Positions 25,032 to 39,168 are shown, numbered from the stretch's first letter. The stretch: 64,000 bases of DNA from Adineta vaga (GCA_021613535.1 CP075493.1:14074001-14138000), one strand, 5' to 3'. Program-made: numbers and translations. The notes: generated from the sequence alone by a model not told the origin.

Positions 25032-26196
25032 ATAGTTTTAATATCTACGATTGGAGATTGTTCGTATTTGTCTTGATGATGTAAATCAAAACTAATATGA
25101 AAGACCGAAAGAAGAAAAAAAGAACTTGTTTCATTGTTCTTCTCGTTTTTTACCCCTATTTATAACTGATAAGAATTTTATGCTGACAAAAGTTTATATA
25201 CGATGACTTGCATTTTGTAAGCTTATCTCTAATTTCTTTTTTACGTGTTTATGAACATTTGATTCAAAGTTGATGGTGTGGATGAGAATGAGAATGTCAA
25301 TATGGATCAGAAATAAGGAGAACAAACACATTCATTGGCTTACTCAGTGTTAGATCCTTTCGTATATATGTTCTTGCTATTCTCTTCAAATATTGATATT
25401 GTATTTATTTTGATTTAATATCATCTATACTTTTGTAAGAAACTATAAAACGACGATGATGAAGAAGGGATTTCATGTTTCATAAAATATAACATTTTGA
25501 TAGATTAATATATATTTCAATTGAATATAGGCTAACGAAATCGAACGATAATAGTTTACTTGATATTTGTTTTGTTTCAAGTCTTTTATATTGTGGTTAG
25601 CAACAATATAAATTGTCTAAATCAACAATACATCGATGAATCACTTGAGAAAGTTCATATTCCAAGAGTTGCAATCATCATAGTCAATACTACTCATACA
25701 CTTTATCAGCATGTATTTGAATACCAATCATCTTGAGGGTGTGAGTGTGATTATTCTGTCAAATGACGATACCAGTACACCAACTAATCTCTCAATAGAA
25801 CCTTGCACAGACAGGCAGCAGTATTCATATGTTACTTTTTCATAATGTTTCAAGACCACTAACGTTCATGCATGTGCCTCTTTTATCAATGCAACTCACT
25901 CTCAACTCTTTCTTTTAGTTCTCTATTTTTTGATAAATTACTGACAAGAAAAGAATGAAATGAAAATATTTACTCTACTTTTATCTTGAGAAAGAATAAG
26001 ATGATACGAAATAGAAATTGCGAGTGAAGCAAGTGAGAACAGATGAGAATAAAAGAAAATACGAGCCTTAACTTTTGCTTGCCCTCAAAAAGATACTCAT
26101 GTACTTTATTGAAATAAAACTCGAATAAAGTTCTGAGAATGATTGCTGGGAAGATTTCATATGATTATATTACACTTTAGATGATAATCTTATCTG

Positions 26197-29100
26197 ATGG
26201 CAAATAAAATCATCAATGATACTATCGATCTGGCAATAAGAACAGACACCAAACAAATTTCTATTCCAATTTCATCTAATGGTCGAAAATCTTGTGGTTT
26301 AGATTGGGCTGAATCCTCTTGGACACGATGGATCTATGTTATTTTCTGGACATGGTTAAATCCAATTTTAAATGTTGGTTACAAACGTCAATTAAATGAT
26401 GATGATTTATTCGATGTCTCGTCAAATGATGAATGTAATCAGTTATTGAACAAATTTGAAACAGTTTGGAATAAACATGAACAAAAATATAAAGAGATTA
26501 GTACATGGAAAATAATCATAGAAACATTTTGGAAACCAACTTTATTCGCTGGTCTCATTTTAATACCTTACATCGCTGTAAAAATAGCACAACCTCTACT
26601 TATAAGACAACTCATTCTTACTATTAATGATCCTACTATACCATCCTATGTCGGTTATTTATATGCTATTGGTTTAGGACTTTCCACTCTTTTACAAGCA
26701 CTCATGCATCAACAACATTTCCTACGTATCACTCGTGTTGGAATGCATGTACGTATTGCATTATCATCTATTATTTATAAAAGATTGTTATCCTTACCAA
26801 CGAATGCTATTTTGCAAACAACAACAGGTCAACTAGTTAATTTAATTTCGAATGATGCAAGTAAATTCGAAGATCTTAGTTTAGTTCTTCATCAGTTATG
26901 GTCAGCACCATTAGAAGCAATTATTTCTTTTATTTTTATTTGGAATCAAATTGGTGTTCCAACATTATTTGGTTATGGTATATTGTTACTATTAGTACCG
27001 TTACAAACATTTTTCAGTAGAAAATCTGGAAAATATCGAAAGAATACAATGGAATGGTCGGATAAACGTGTTAAAGTGATTAATGAAATCTTAGTTGGTT
27101 GTCAAATTGTTAAAATGTATCGATGGGAAGAAGCATTAGAAAATGTTGTTTATGATGCAAGAAAAAATGAACTGAAAAATATTCGAAAAATAGGTCGAAT
27201 ACGTGGATTGAATATGGGTATATTTTTTGCATCATTACCATTGATTACACTGACCACATTTGGCGGAAGTTGGTTAATGGGTCAAATATTATCTGCTACA
27301 AATATATTTACTACTGTAACATTCTTATCTAATATAAGATTTCCAATGATAAACAGTGTCCCTTTTGCAATAGGAAGATTAAGTGAAAGTAGAGTAGCAG
27401 CAAAACGTATTGCTCAATTCATGAATTTATCAAAACAATCTTGTACGAAAACATTTGAAAAACATTCAAGCCATGTTTCTACTTGTACATCAGGCAATAT
27501 AGTAATGAGTAAAGCTTCGTTCGTTTGGGATACAACTCAATCATCTCAATTAGTGAATATAGATTTGAATGTGAAAGATGGTTCACTAATTGGTATTATC
27601 GGAACAATTGGTTCATCGAAATCATCTCTTCTGTCCGCTATACTTGGTGAAATGTCTCTTGTTGAAGGTACTTGTAAGATAGATGGTAGAATTGCTTATG
27701 TATCTCAAATTCCTTGGTTATTTGCTGGTACAATTCGAGAAAATATTTTATTTTGTAAATCATATCAAAAAGAAAAATATGAACAAGTGATAGAATCATG
27801 TCAATTAATTACTGATTTACAATCATTTCCAGCCGGTGATCAAACAATTATTGGTGACAAAGCAGAAAATTTAAGTGAAGGACAAAAAGTTCGTGTCTCA
27901 CTTGCGCGAGCTTTATATACCGAAGCTGATATTTATTTATTGGATGATCCATTAGCTGCCGTTGATCCATCTGTTGCCAAAAATATTTTCAAACATTGTA
28001 TTAGTAACGAAGGTTTTTTAAAGAATAAAACACGATTATTAGTAACACATCAAATTCAATTCTTATCCGAACTTGATCATTGTGTTCTATTAGATCATGG
28101 ACGAATCGAAAAACAAGGTACATTCGATGATTTATTATCTTTAGAGAAAATAAAACAATCCTATGAAAATCAATTCAATGAAACTAAACAACGACATGAT
28201 GATACGCATGTTTTCAATAAAGATTTAAGCAAAGTTCAATCAACAACTATGGATGAAAATAGTATTATCAAAGAAGAAGTATCCATTGATGGATCAACTA
28301 ATCTCAATGTTTGGTTAAAATTATTCACTTCTGGATACGGTTGGTTTGGATTAATTCTATTAATCTTTTTAATGTTAATAGGTCAAGGTATTTATGATGC
28401 GACTAATAAATGGTTAAGTATATGGTCATCAAAAATCGCATCTGAACAACGTCAAATACATTATCCATATATCTATTTAGGATTAGTTATTGGTACATGG
28501 ATTATTTCATTAATTCGTTCGGATTATTTTTTTCATTTGATCTTATGTGGTGCATCAACATTGCATAATAGTATGTTTAAAGGTGTTCTATATACTTCAT
28601 TGAGATTTTATGAAAGTAACCCCATTGGACGAATATTGAATCGATTCAGTAAAGATCAACAAGTTCTCGATGATTTATTACCTTTAGCATTCTATGATAC
28701 AGTTCAAACATTGATACTCGTATTAGGAAGTCTTGTCATTATTGGTATGTCAAATCCGTGGGTTTTATTAATACTACTTCCGATTCTTCCGATAGTTATT
28801 TGGTTACGAAGATATTATATAAGATCGAGCCGAAGTCTCAAACGTTTAGAAAGTGTAAGTCGAAGTCCTGTTTATGCATTATTTTCTTCATCATTGAATG
28901 GATTAATGACAATTCGAGCATTTAATATGGAAAATGAATTTGTCAATCTTTTTATCGAGAAAGTCAATGCAAATACGCGTGCATATTTTATATTTGTTTC
29001 TTCAAGTAGATGGTTTGGTTTACGATTAGATCTAATGACTTGTTGTTTAACATTTCTAACCGCAATTTTATCGATTGTTTTACGTCGTAGTGTAGATTCC

Positions 29101-30039
29101 TCATCGATTGCATTGAGTTTATCTTATTGTATAAGTTTAACTTCTATCTTTCAATGGGCAGTACGTCAATCAGCTGAAACAGAAAATTATATGACGAGTG
29201 CGGAGAGAATCGATGAATATTCTCGTCTTCCTCCTGAAGAAGATTTTTACAATGGAGAAACAAAACCACCGATACATTGGCCAAACGAAGGCAAAATTCA
29301 ATTTGATAATTATAAATTAAGATATCGTCCTGAACTTGAACCTGTTTTAAAAGGAATGAATTTAGAAATAATTCCACAAGACAAAGTTGGTATTATTGGT
29401 CGTACAGGTGCTGGTAAATCATCGATATTTCAAGCACTCTTTCGTTTAATTCCTAAATCAACAACAGAAGGGAAAATTCTAATTGATGGAATTAATATTA
29501 ATGAAATTAGTTTGAATGATTTGCGATCGATATTGAACATCATTCCACAATCTCCCGTCTTATTTAGTAATACACTTCGATATAATTTAGATCCATTTCA
29601 ACAATATACAGATCAACAATTATGGAATGCATTAGAAGCTGTTCAATTGAAAATTAAGATTGAAAATTATCCAGAGAAACTGAATACTCAAATAGCAGAG
29701 TGTGGAAGTAATTTTAGTGTTGGTGAATGTCAATTAATTTGTGTAGCAAGAGCAATACTTAAACCAAGTAAAATCTTACTTATCGATGAAGCAACAGCAC
29801 ATGTTGATACACGAACAGATGAAATGATTCAACAAATTTTACGAGAAAAATTCGTGAATCAAACAATTTTAACAATTGCACATCGAGTAAATACAGTGAT
29901 GGATAGTGATAAGATTGTTGTGATGAATAATGGTTTTGTTGAACAATATGGAACGCCAAATGAAATATTTAGTGAACATAGAGAATTCTTGACTGAAATG
30001 AAGAATGAGAATAATGATGAACTATTGTCTATTACGTGA
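26197..30039 (+). CDS. ABCC4: ABC transporter subfamily C (MRP4-like), intronless
   Basis: TMD-NBD-TMD-NBD without TMD0; YLLDDPLAAVD, GRILNRFSKD, GRTGAGKSS, LLIDEATAHVD, IAHR. Confidence 0.92.
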   Translation: MANKIINDTIDLAIRTDTKQISIPISSNGRKSCGLDWAESSWTRWIYVIFWTWLNPILNVGYKRQLNDDDLFDVSSNDECNQLLNKFETVWNKHEQKYKEISTWKIIIETFWKPTLFAGLILIPYIAVKIAQPLLIRQLILTINDPTIPSYVGYLYAIGLGLSTLLQALMHQQHFLRITRVGMHVRIALSSIIYKRLLSLPTNAILQTTTGQLVNLISNDASKFEDLSLVLHQLWSAPLEAIISFIFIWNQIGVPTLFGYGILLLLVPLQTFFSRKSGKYRKNTMEWSDKRVKVINEILVGCQIVKMYRWEEALENVVYDARKNELKNIRKIGRIRGLNMGIFFASLPLITLTTFGGSWLMGQILSATNIFTTVTFLSNIRFPMINSVPFAIGRLSESRVAAKRIAQFMNLSKQSCTKTFEKHSSHVSTCTSGNIVMSKASFVWDTTQSSQLVNIDLNVKDGSLIGIIGTIGSSKSSLLSAILGEMSLVEGTCKIDGRIAYVSQIPWLFAGTIRENILFCKSYQKEKYEQVIESCQLITDLQSFPAGDQTIIGDKAENLSEGQKVRVSLARALYTEADIYLLDDPLAAVDPSVAKNIFKHCISNEGFLKNKTRLLVTHQIQFLSELDHCVLLDHGRIEKQGTFDDLLSLEKIKQSYENQFNETKQRHDDTHVFNKDLSKVQSTTMDENSIIKEEVSIDGSTNLNVWLKLFTSGYGWFGLILLIFLMLIGQGIYDATNKWLSIWSSKIASEQRQIHYPYIYLGLVIGTWIISLIRSDYFFHLILCGASTLHNSMFKGVLYTSLRFYESNPIGRILNRFSKDQQVLDDLLPLAFYDTVQTLILVLGSLVIIGMSNPWVLLILLPILPIVIWLRRYYIRSSRSLKRLESVSRSPVYALFSSSLNGLMTIRAFNMENEFVNLFIEKVNANTRAYFIFVSSSRWFGLRLDLMTCCLTFLTAILSIVLRRSVDSSSIALSLSYCISLTSIFQWAVRQSAETENYMTSAERIDEYSRLPPEEDFYNGETKPPIHWPNEGKIQFDNYKLRYRPELEPVLKGMNLEIIPQDKVGIIGRTGAGKSSIFQALFRLIPKSTTEGKILIDGININEISLNDLRSILNIIPQSPVLFSNTLRYNLDPFQQYTDQQLWNALEAVQLKIKIENYPEKLNTQIAECGSNFSVGECQLICVARAILKPSKILLIDEATAHVDTRTDEMIQQILREKFVNQTILTIAHRVNTVMDSDKIVVMNNGFVEQYGTPNEIFSEHREFLTEMKNENNDELLSIT

Positions 30040-30801
30040 TAGAATATATCATTTTCTGTTAGTTTAATCCAAACATTAATGCTAATAGTTACGTCATAGA
30101 AACAAAATATTTCAAGTTCTAAATTTATGTTAGAATGAGAGTGAAGTGTTTGAAAAGAACCGTTCATCTATTCACCCACACCTGTAGTATAAATAAAATA
30201 GCATTTCCGATTTTGACCTTCAGCATACTGGTTGACACGTAATAGAAAATATTTCTGTTAATAATATTCTTCATCAAGATTACTATTATATATAAAAATG
30301 CTTCTTTGAACTTCAATACCTTCACAGATTAAAAGATGTAAATCATTTGACATCTGAATACATGACAACTATCTTTTAATAATGATTCATTCACGTCATC
30401 CAGATTACTTCAGCAATGCTAATAACTTGATTTTAGATTTAAAAATACATTCATGCATCATCGACATTTTTTCAATGAATAAAATACAATTTACTTCTGC
30501 AGAAAAATGTTTTGCTTAAAAAACTTTTGTATTTGCGTGACTCTATCAAAATGATATTCTCGACATCCATTTTCTTTTCTTCATTGGCTACTATGACAAA
30601 AATAAACATTAATAATCATGAAGTCAATGACAAAAAAAGAGATTTTAATTCATTGATAGTGCATCTGCATTTTTGACATTAAGATACTAATATCTGTCAT
30701 CATTAAATCTACGTAATTTATAACTTTCTCGTGACGTATTCTAAATTATCTAACTATATATATAGAGAGAGAGAGAGATAAAAGTGGAACAAAAATTAAC
30801 A

Positions 30802-31800
30802 ATGTCGATTTCATTAGCTGACATTAGTATACATATCACACGAGCCATTCTACCCATAATTATTATTATTGGTATTTTGGGTAATTCATTCAATATTGGT
30901 GTATTAAGTCGACAGAGATTATACAATCATGCATGTTCTCGGTATTTTCTTGCCGTTGCAATTAATAATCTATTTTTTACGGGTATTATTCTTATCTATC
31001 GTTTACTTGTAAATGAATATCAATATGATCTAGCGAATAGTTCCATAATATCATGCCGAATAATTAGTTATATTACTACTTTAAGTTCATTTATTTCACC
31101 TTATTTACTTATCTTAGCTTCAATTGATCGATTTTGTGCAAGTTCAAGTAATGTTCATATGCGTCAATTTAGCTGTATTCGAACAACTCAATGGATGATT
31201 TTCATTATTATTGCGATATTTTCAATTTTTTTCATTAATATTCTAATTCTATTTGATATACAACCAACAAAAGGCTTTATTTGTGTTCTACATGCGAATA
31301 CTTTGTACGCTCAAATATACATATTTACGCAAGTTTTTTTGTATGCTGCTATTCCACCTTGTTTGATGGTTCTTTTCGGTTTTATGACTATCCGTAATAC
31401 AAGTCGATCACGTACAGTTCAAGTAGTATCATCACGATATAATCGTACAGAACAACAACTTGCTCGTATGGTATTATTTCAAGTGGGTGTGTATGTTCTG
31501 CTCACTCTACCAACGAGCAATTTTTATCTTATATCAGCTTTACCTAATACTATCAGCACAACACCTATGTTTTCATTCGTATCAAAAATATTTCAATTAT
31601 TATTTTATTGTTCATATAGTTCACCATTTTTTTTATATCTTTTATCTGGTCGTATTTATAGACAAGAACTTATTCAATTACTACGCAAGATATTTCGAAT
31701 TTGTTTTCATAATCAAGTTGCACCAACATTAGGTTCAAATATTAACGCACCAATGCAGACAACAATCCCTCCACGTCAAGAAATCGACTTTATTGACTAA
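30802..31800 (+). CDS. Rhodopsin-like (class A) GPCR
   Basis: 7 hydrophobic segments, GN in TM1, ASIDRF in TM3, PFFLY in TM7; first ATG at 30802. Confidence 0.85.
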   Translation: MSISLADISIHITRAILPIIIIIGILGNSFNIGVLSRQRLYNHACSRYFLAVAINNLFFTGIILIYRLLVNEYQYDLANSSIISCRIISYITTLSSFISPYLLILASIDRFCASSSNVHMRQFSCIRTTQWMIFIIIAIFSIFFINILILFDIQPTKGFICVLHANTLYAQIYIFTQVFLYAAIPPCLMVLFGFMTIRNTSRSRTVQVVSSRYNRTEQQLARMVLFQVGVYVLLTLPTSNFYLISALPNTISTTPMFSFVSKIFQLLFYCSYSSPFFLYLLSGRIYRQELIQLLRKIFRICFHNQVAPTLGSNINAPMQTTIPPRQEIDFID

Positions 31801-32923
31801 GATACCAGCATATGATATCTTATATAATTTCAAAACAGCACAAAAAAAACTGAATATTATGGTTTGATTTTCATGAACATGCTACTTTCAAATCTCAGCA
31901 AGAATTGTCATAGATCTTTATTTTCTCTTTCACTAATTAAAACTTGAACTTGTCAAAAATAAACCTCTACGCAACCAACTCATTTCGTATAGCATAGGCA
32001 AATAATCTTAATTTATATACACCCTCAATCCATATCAATTCTACGCTCAAACGTAATCTCTCTCGGAAAAAAGAATAGATTTTTATATCACTTTTTTCTT
32101 CTTTTAATATTGACTATGAAGTCATCCAAACGAAGAGAATGAAATTGATCGTGACTTTTGGTAAAACCATTTTGAGGGATTACATCTAGTGCAGAGCGAT
32201 AGGAGGTTTAGTCGATTTGGTACTCACCTCACAATTCCCTTTTCCTTATCCTTACAGAGTCAGTGTACAACACTCACGTTTCCTCAATGATAAACATCCA
32301 ATTAATTCTCTTTTTCTCAACAGCTACATCTATCGGTTGTGGTTCAATTAATTAATTCCACAGACATATCTATTTTTACCTGCAATAAACTAACTATTAT
32401 ATGCACTATAGATAACTATTTTACAAGATATTATTTCTCAATCGAACTCGAGATAAACTTCTAATAACATTATTTATTCTTTCAACATAGATTATTGTCA
32501 GTAAATATAATGAACACATGCCCATCTTGAGAATAAGTATAGGAATGAAGATAAGGATGTGATTTTAAACGAAAAAAATAAATGAGATTCTTGATGTTTT
32601 ACCGAAATCATATTCACGTTTTATTCAACGTAGTGAAGAGGCAACATTTTTATTTTCGACATTCTCATGTGAAATCAATGGAATTAACATTATAATGAAA
32701 TATTTCGTGAGCATAAAGAATTACTGATTGAAATGTAGAATATCTTTTTTTCATTCATTGATTTAAATAACATCATACGTCAATGCTGCCATTTTGAAGA
32801 TATAAAACGGAGAGATAAGGGTAATAGTTATTACTGTTTTTTTCACCTTGAAATAACTTTTTTCAAGGTTTGTATTTGTTATTCTGTAATGTAAGTGTCA
32901 TAATATCGTTTTCACTGTTATCA

Positions 32924-33642
32924 ATGACGAACAGTAGAAAATATTTTCAACAAGGACAATTATTTGATGATTATGCAGATTTAAACGTTAGTTTGTATGT
33001 TGCATCCAACGATGATATCGAAGAATTATGTAAAGTAATTAATTGGGCATATGTTGGTAAACCGTCGAAATCAGAACTTGGAGAACTTAAGTTTGATTGG
33101 GTCAATGAAAAATATTTGATGCAAAAAGCACGAATTACATTAGAAGAACTTAGAGAACTGATCGAAGACGAAGAACATTGTATTGTTCTTATTGCAAAAT
33201 TAAAAACACTAACAGGCTTACAGATTGTTGGTTGTACAAAAATCGTGCCGTATGATCAAAGTTTACAGATAGGTGATGATGAGAAACAAGATCTAGCGGT
33301 CGAATTCGGTTTAAATGCTGTCGATCCAGATTATCAAAGTCAAGGAATAGGAACTTTGCTTTACAATGGAGCCATAGTAAGATTAACATCCAGTTATAGT
33401 TATCTATTTAAATAATAAGAGAAAATATTTATTGTATTTAGCGAATTACGAAGGAATATTTCAATGCACAACGAGTTTATTCTCATATAATATCAAGTAA
33501 ACGAAATCAAATCGAATGGTGTTTTCGACAAGGTTTCATTGAGACAGGACGATTCATACCATATCCACGTAAAGAACGACTCTATTCAAACGTTGATCCG
33601 GACACAGTGAAGTTTTCTGTTCTAACTAAACGTTTAAAATAG
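32924..33642 (+). CDS. GNAT-family N-acetyltransferase, 2 exons (intron ~33377-33441)
   Basis: AVDPDYQSQGIGTLL acetyl-CoA motif; INWAY and EWCFRQGFIETG segments typical of microbial GNATs. Confidence 0.8.
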
Positions 33643-33769
33643 AAAATAACCTATGCAATAAAGTGACACAAATATCAATGACAGTCATATAACAAATTTC
33701 ATCTTTTTCTTAGTTTGTAAGTATTTATTATTCGAAAGTATGTTTTTACATAGGTATTCATTAAATAGT

Positions 33770-34834
33770 TTATAGAATTCCAAAGAATCTTTGAAACTTT
33801 CGATATATTGAGCTATTCCTACCAAATATAAAGCTAATAACTTTGCCCATAATTTGAACCATTTCTTTTCGATATATGCTTCCAGTTAAGGTGAACCTAT
33901 TGTTGTAAATGAAAATAAAATAAATCTTAAAAAGATTATATAGAACTTACACAAAGAAACTGATACTGCAATTAATATTGATAAATAATCTCAATATTTG
34001 TGCGATAAAGTTTTCAATTATCGATTGATCAACACTTTGTATTGTATTTTGTCTGAACGTTAAATACAATTTTTGGATTGCAAAAGGTGTTATTAATGTA
34101 ACAGTAGCAATCAACTGAGCTAGTAACATTTTAATTAATTGTCGATCTTTTCTTCGTAATTGATGTGGATTAGTACTGTGCATCGTTGTTGAACGAATTT
34201 GTACACCACTTTGATGAATATTATAAAAAGTTGCGAATCCGACAATAATCATAATCATCGGTGGTGTAAAGCTAAATATAGCAAAATAGAAGAAATCATG
34301 AAAAACTCTGTAAATGCCGACTTGAGCATAGCAAAATGGGCCACTTTTGAGTTGTTCAATCGTAAAAAGAACAAGTGCATGAGAATAAGATATCAAACAG
34401 ATCACTATAGTGAAAACAATTAAATAATGTGCATATTTCAAATTGCTTAATCTCCGTCGATGAACATTTCGAGAACTAACATAATACCGATCAACACTAG
34501 CAAATACAACAAACCATATTCCAAGAAACAATGAACAGTTAAGAATAAAGTAACGAAATCGACAAAATACTAGATTATTCGAAGCAGGATCAATGCCAAA
34601 ACCTTCGGAAAAAATGCGCGCAATCACGCCAAAGACAATAGCACCTGTATGTGCAATTGATGAACTCAATAGATAAATTGAACATGGATTTCTAACAAGC
34701 AAAGGGCGTGTAAAAATCAAAATATTGAAAATATTTCCAATTAAGCCCAAAATACCTATAGGTATTGATATATATATTGATAAATATCGACTGAATAGAA
34801 GAAAAATATTGTTCAATTCACTTGCATCAGACAT
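33770..34834 (-). CDS. Rhodopsin-like (class A) GPCR, 2 exons
   Basis: GNIFN, PCSIYL, FCRFR, ASVDRY; last exon VFTLTGSIYRKEM after an intron near 33950-33897. Confidence 0.85.
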
Positions 34835-36303
34835 TCTTGAATAATCTACTTGAGCAGTTTTAGCAAATATATCATTAAAAAACAGAAAGAGGAAGTAATG
34901 AAAACCCTCCAGATTAATTATAATTACAATTTGGAAGAGCTTTGATGGTAGAATAGTCAAAAAATGTCAAAGTCAGCATTTATTTTAATTGTAATTTTAG
35001 TTCAAAGGGCCTTCATTTTTAAATAATTAATAGAGCGAAAATCATTTTTCTTCAGAATTATATTTCTACTAGTATGGATAAATGAATGGAAGAAAACTGT
35101 TATTTGTTATATTATTTATATCCATGCTCTCAGAATTATTAAAAAAACACGGTAATTAGTCACTGATTTTGTCCTTCGAGGACGAGAATAGGAGTGAGTA
35201 TGTATTCAGAGATACACTATTCTTCATTCTCACCCTAGTTCTCTAGTTTTTGATAATTTAAATATAAATTATTCTCGTACATTATTTTATGTTATTGAGA
35301 ATGTATGGGAGAATATATGTGGTTATGGAGGAAGGTATCGTGTAATAGGATTCAACACTGCTACATTCATACTCTCACTTCTCACCTACAACCTCATGAC
35401 TATCGAATGGAAAGTTAAACAAATCAATAATAATTAAGAAGTTATTTTTAACTTATCAGGATTTGGAATGCTTTTCATTAGTTTTTAATGATGGCCTCGT
35501 ATAATTTTTAGTTTGGAAATCAATTTGTTTCAATATCGACTTATTGTCTTCGTCATCAATGTAAAACACATTATTGACATGTTTTAAAACTCAGATAACA
35601 TACCTCTGTGTTCATCTTGTCTATAGACTCATCGTTTATCATGTCTGTGGATGGCAGGTAGTGTCATTATTTATTTCAGAAACGACTTCAAAGTTAGTTT
35701 CCGTTTTTTTCTCTTTTTTTCTATAAGCTAAACATCTAAACGAAAGAAAATGTGTCGATATTCTCCAGTGTATTTCAGATGCGCTATTGAATTTTCTGTT
35801 ATAGATTTATCGACTTATTCGAAGATAAAGCTCTATTTTATTTTAATTCTATCTTGTGAGATTCGATTAGCAGATAATGTCTGACAAGATATTTGGTAAT
35901 GGTTTGACTGACGATTTCAGCTGTAAGAATCTAATGATTATAAAACCTTGTACTATAGTAGTGTATGCTGTTATGGATCATATCATATTGCAATATAATA
36001 ATGCAATACAGACTTTCTCTATTATATGATTTTATTTAATCTTTCTAAAGAATTCGATCGATTTCCACTCATTTCAGATCTAAATTCCAAAATTTAAGTT
36101 TCTTATAGTAGAACATGTAACACACTATTGAAAAATATAGAGTATATAGTAGTTCATCAATTATTTGGTACATTACATGATATTTATTAGCTGCTTCATA
36201 GTCTACAGTGAAAAACTTTCTGTTTGAAAATAAGTTGCATTTTCGTCAAGTTCAATTCATGTATTATTTTTGAGTCATTTAATATACCATGTATACATTA
36301 TAG

Positions 36304-39168
36304 ATGAAAATCATCTGGATCATTTCTTATCTTGGACTATTGCTTGTCATTTTTTTACAGTTTGTCCTCTGTTCAGTTATTTATGAATACCATGATAATT
36401 CGGCTCATGGAATACGTATATCCGCCAATGATCAATTTACTGTTACTGCATTAAATAATTATGAACGTATAATAATAACTTATCTTCCTTATAATTCTTA
36501 AGAAACATGTGTAATTTCATATCCAGCGCCTGGTTTATACGTTTATAGTGTTGCTGCAACGTTGAATAAGGATAACAACACTCGTGATGAACTATACAAA
36601 ATCTTTCTGGTGGCTGAGCATGTAAAATTTGGTGTAATTCATCTTTTTACTGTTTCTTTCCGGAGATCCTTAAAATGCAGTATGTATATCCATTTCACCT
36701 AAGACGACACGCTAGATCCTTTAAAGCTGAGTATGATACATTAATTGAAAATTTACAGTTAAAATATGAAATGATATACTATAAAGAATATGTATTGATA
36801 TATATATATATATATATTAATGATGGTTATAAGTTTTCATTCTCATTTCTCCTAATTATTGATTTACATGCGACGTAGATATTCGTCTAGTCATCATATT
36901 GACTACTCTTAACAGGAACTATGCAAAGATTGAAAAATTTGGACGAGAAACTCGCATCACGTATCTTATATATTGAGAATCTAATTCGAATAAAAACTTC
37001 ATTGTTTGCGTCGTGTCATAGTCTCACTTTCTACTAGATTTCATGTAGATATTCATATTGACAAGATATATCGAATGCAAATCTTTCCAAAGAATCTGCA
37101 AGCTTTTATATTCATCTAAGCAGAGCATAATAGGATTTTTTTCTATGCTGAACAACATATATATATATATATATATAAACTATTATTACTTTGATCAATT
37201 GTTTAGAATATTATTCTTATGGATCCCTCAGTACTATTTCAACTGACAAACATCAAGAATATATGTTACTCAAATTTGATCTGTCACAAGAGTATTTATA
37301 TTTATTTGCCGATTCATTTATACTTTCGTTCGACATAGTCAAGCATGCTATTTACGAATTCAAACTGATGAATAGTACTTTTCAAGGACAAGAATTCTTG
37401 ACACATGCTGTCGATCTTTCTGATTCCTATGCTATTCTTATTGGATGCTTTCGTATGCGCAATTATGAATGTCTTTCTGTATATATTGCAGTTCTTGTCA
37501 GACTTCGTCCGTTACAAATCGTACACAACATAAATATAAATGACGGTTTCCCTCAAGACGCAGCTTTAGCAATGACTTACAACCGTGCTAATGATATGTC
37601 AGTATCCTTGAATCCGACACGTCAACTAGCTTTCATTGGTTTACCAGTTATCAATAAAGTCGTTTTGGTAAATATCAATACTTCAAGCTTAGATTTGACC
37701 AAATGGACAATGAATATTATACGAGTCGATACTGTCGCTCATCGATTGGCAGGTTTTGGTCGTTCTATTGCATGGGTCAATGATAACACAGTGGCCATCG
37801 CCGTTCTCGAAGTATCTAATTTACCATGGTCTCAATCCGAAGTGTGGGTTTTTGAAGTTGATGAGCCGTTCAAAAATCCTTTCTTTGTATTTCCCAATAG
37901 TCAACAAAGAATTGTATTTCCATCACTACCATTATTTCTTCAAATAGCTTCATGGTCTGGCAATTTGCTTATATTCACCGATCAACCGCAAATAGTCATT
38001 GTATTGTCACAAAAACCTGGCTTCTTTTCTAAACGATCCTCCTATACAACTGAGCATTGCCTTGTATTTGAACAGACTCCATGCATACCCGGCATGTTTA
38101 AAAATACATGTAGTTTTGGACCATGTACTATTTGTCCTCCACAAACGAAAAATAAAGGTGATCAACCCAGCTCAAAATAGGAGCCATGCTTAAATACATC
38201 CTTCTGTCCTTCAGGTGCTATCAATGATATGTCGCTTGATATTTATCCATCATATATACAGACATTTTCCTATCCAAAATCTCCCATTACGAATAATTAT
38301 GACGATCTTCTTGTAAAGAACACATTCAATGTTGGTCACTCACGTCATTGTATTATCGTTTCACCTCTATTTTGGACAATATTGTTTGTTGCTTTATGTT
38401 TTATTTTTTAGTTCTTTATGACATTACCCAAGTTATGTAGTTGTCCGAAAGCATATTCTCATCGAAAAAAAGCTAAAAATTTTTTGAAGAAAGCTGATAT
38501 TGTAAACGAAGGCGAACGATGGGTAGGTGGTTTATTTTCATTTGCCATCATAGTACTTTTTGGGTTTACATTTTGGTTTGCATCGGAATTTTTACAACTG
38601 TATCCAATCGAAACATCGAAAATGTCATATGCATCATATGACGGTAGATTTACTGAATACAGCTGCTGATTGTTCGGCTGTCACTGTTCAACAGAATCGA
38701 CCAGGAGTCAATTATCTCCTGTTACCAATTATATCTTGTGTAGTGCAGCCAGATAATGTTACACGTACTAGTGCTTTACATCTTGTGCTAATTAAAGTGA
38801 TTAATAAAACCGAACCATTGGAAACTGGTAGCAACGCACACTATAGTGGTCGAGGGGCACTTTCGTTTATCGAACGTTCACTCTCGGATAAATTGATCTA
38901 TGAACAATACGGGCATCATCTTCGATATATATCTGAGCGCACCGTTCTATCGATCATATTGAGTGAACAACCGTTCTATCTACAAAATACTCAGCAACCT
39001 ATTGTACATAAAACAGAATTATCATTTCATACACTACTCTTTTGTACGCTTATCATTGAGTTATTTGCGATGGGTTTTCTAGTATTTAGACTTATCATCA
39101 TACCTTTGGTCCGCCTTGTTCTTCGCTGCTGTCAGAGCAAATTACCGCCAAATGACAGCCAGGAATAA
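36304..39168 (+). pseudogene. Disrupted large membrane protein gene (signal peptide, beta-rich ectodomain, Cys-rich TNFR/ephrin-like repeat, TM segments)
   Basis: Collinear ORF pieces broken by in-frame stops at 36499, 38178 and 38409 and a frameshift near 38660; CIPGMFKNTCSFGPCTICPP. Confidence 0.65.
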
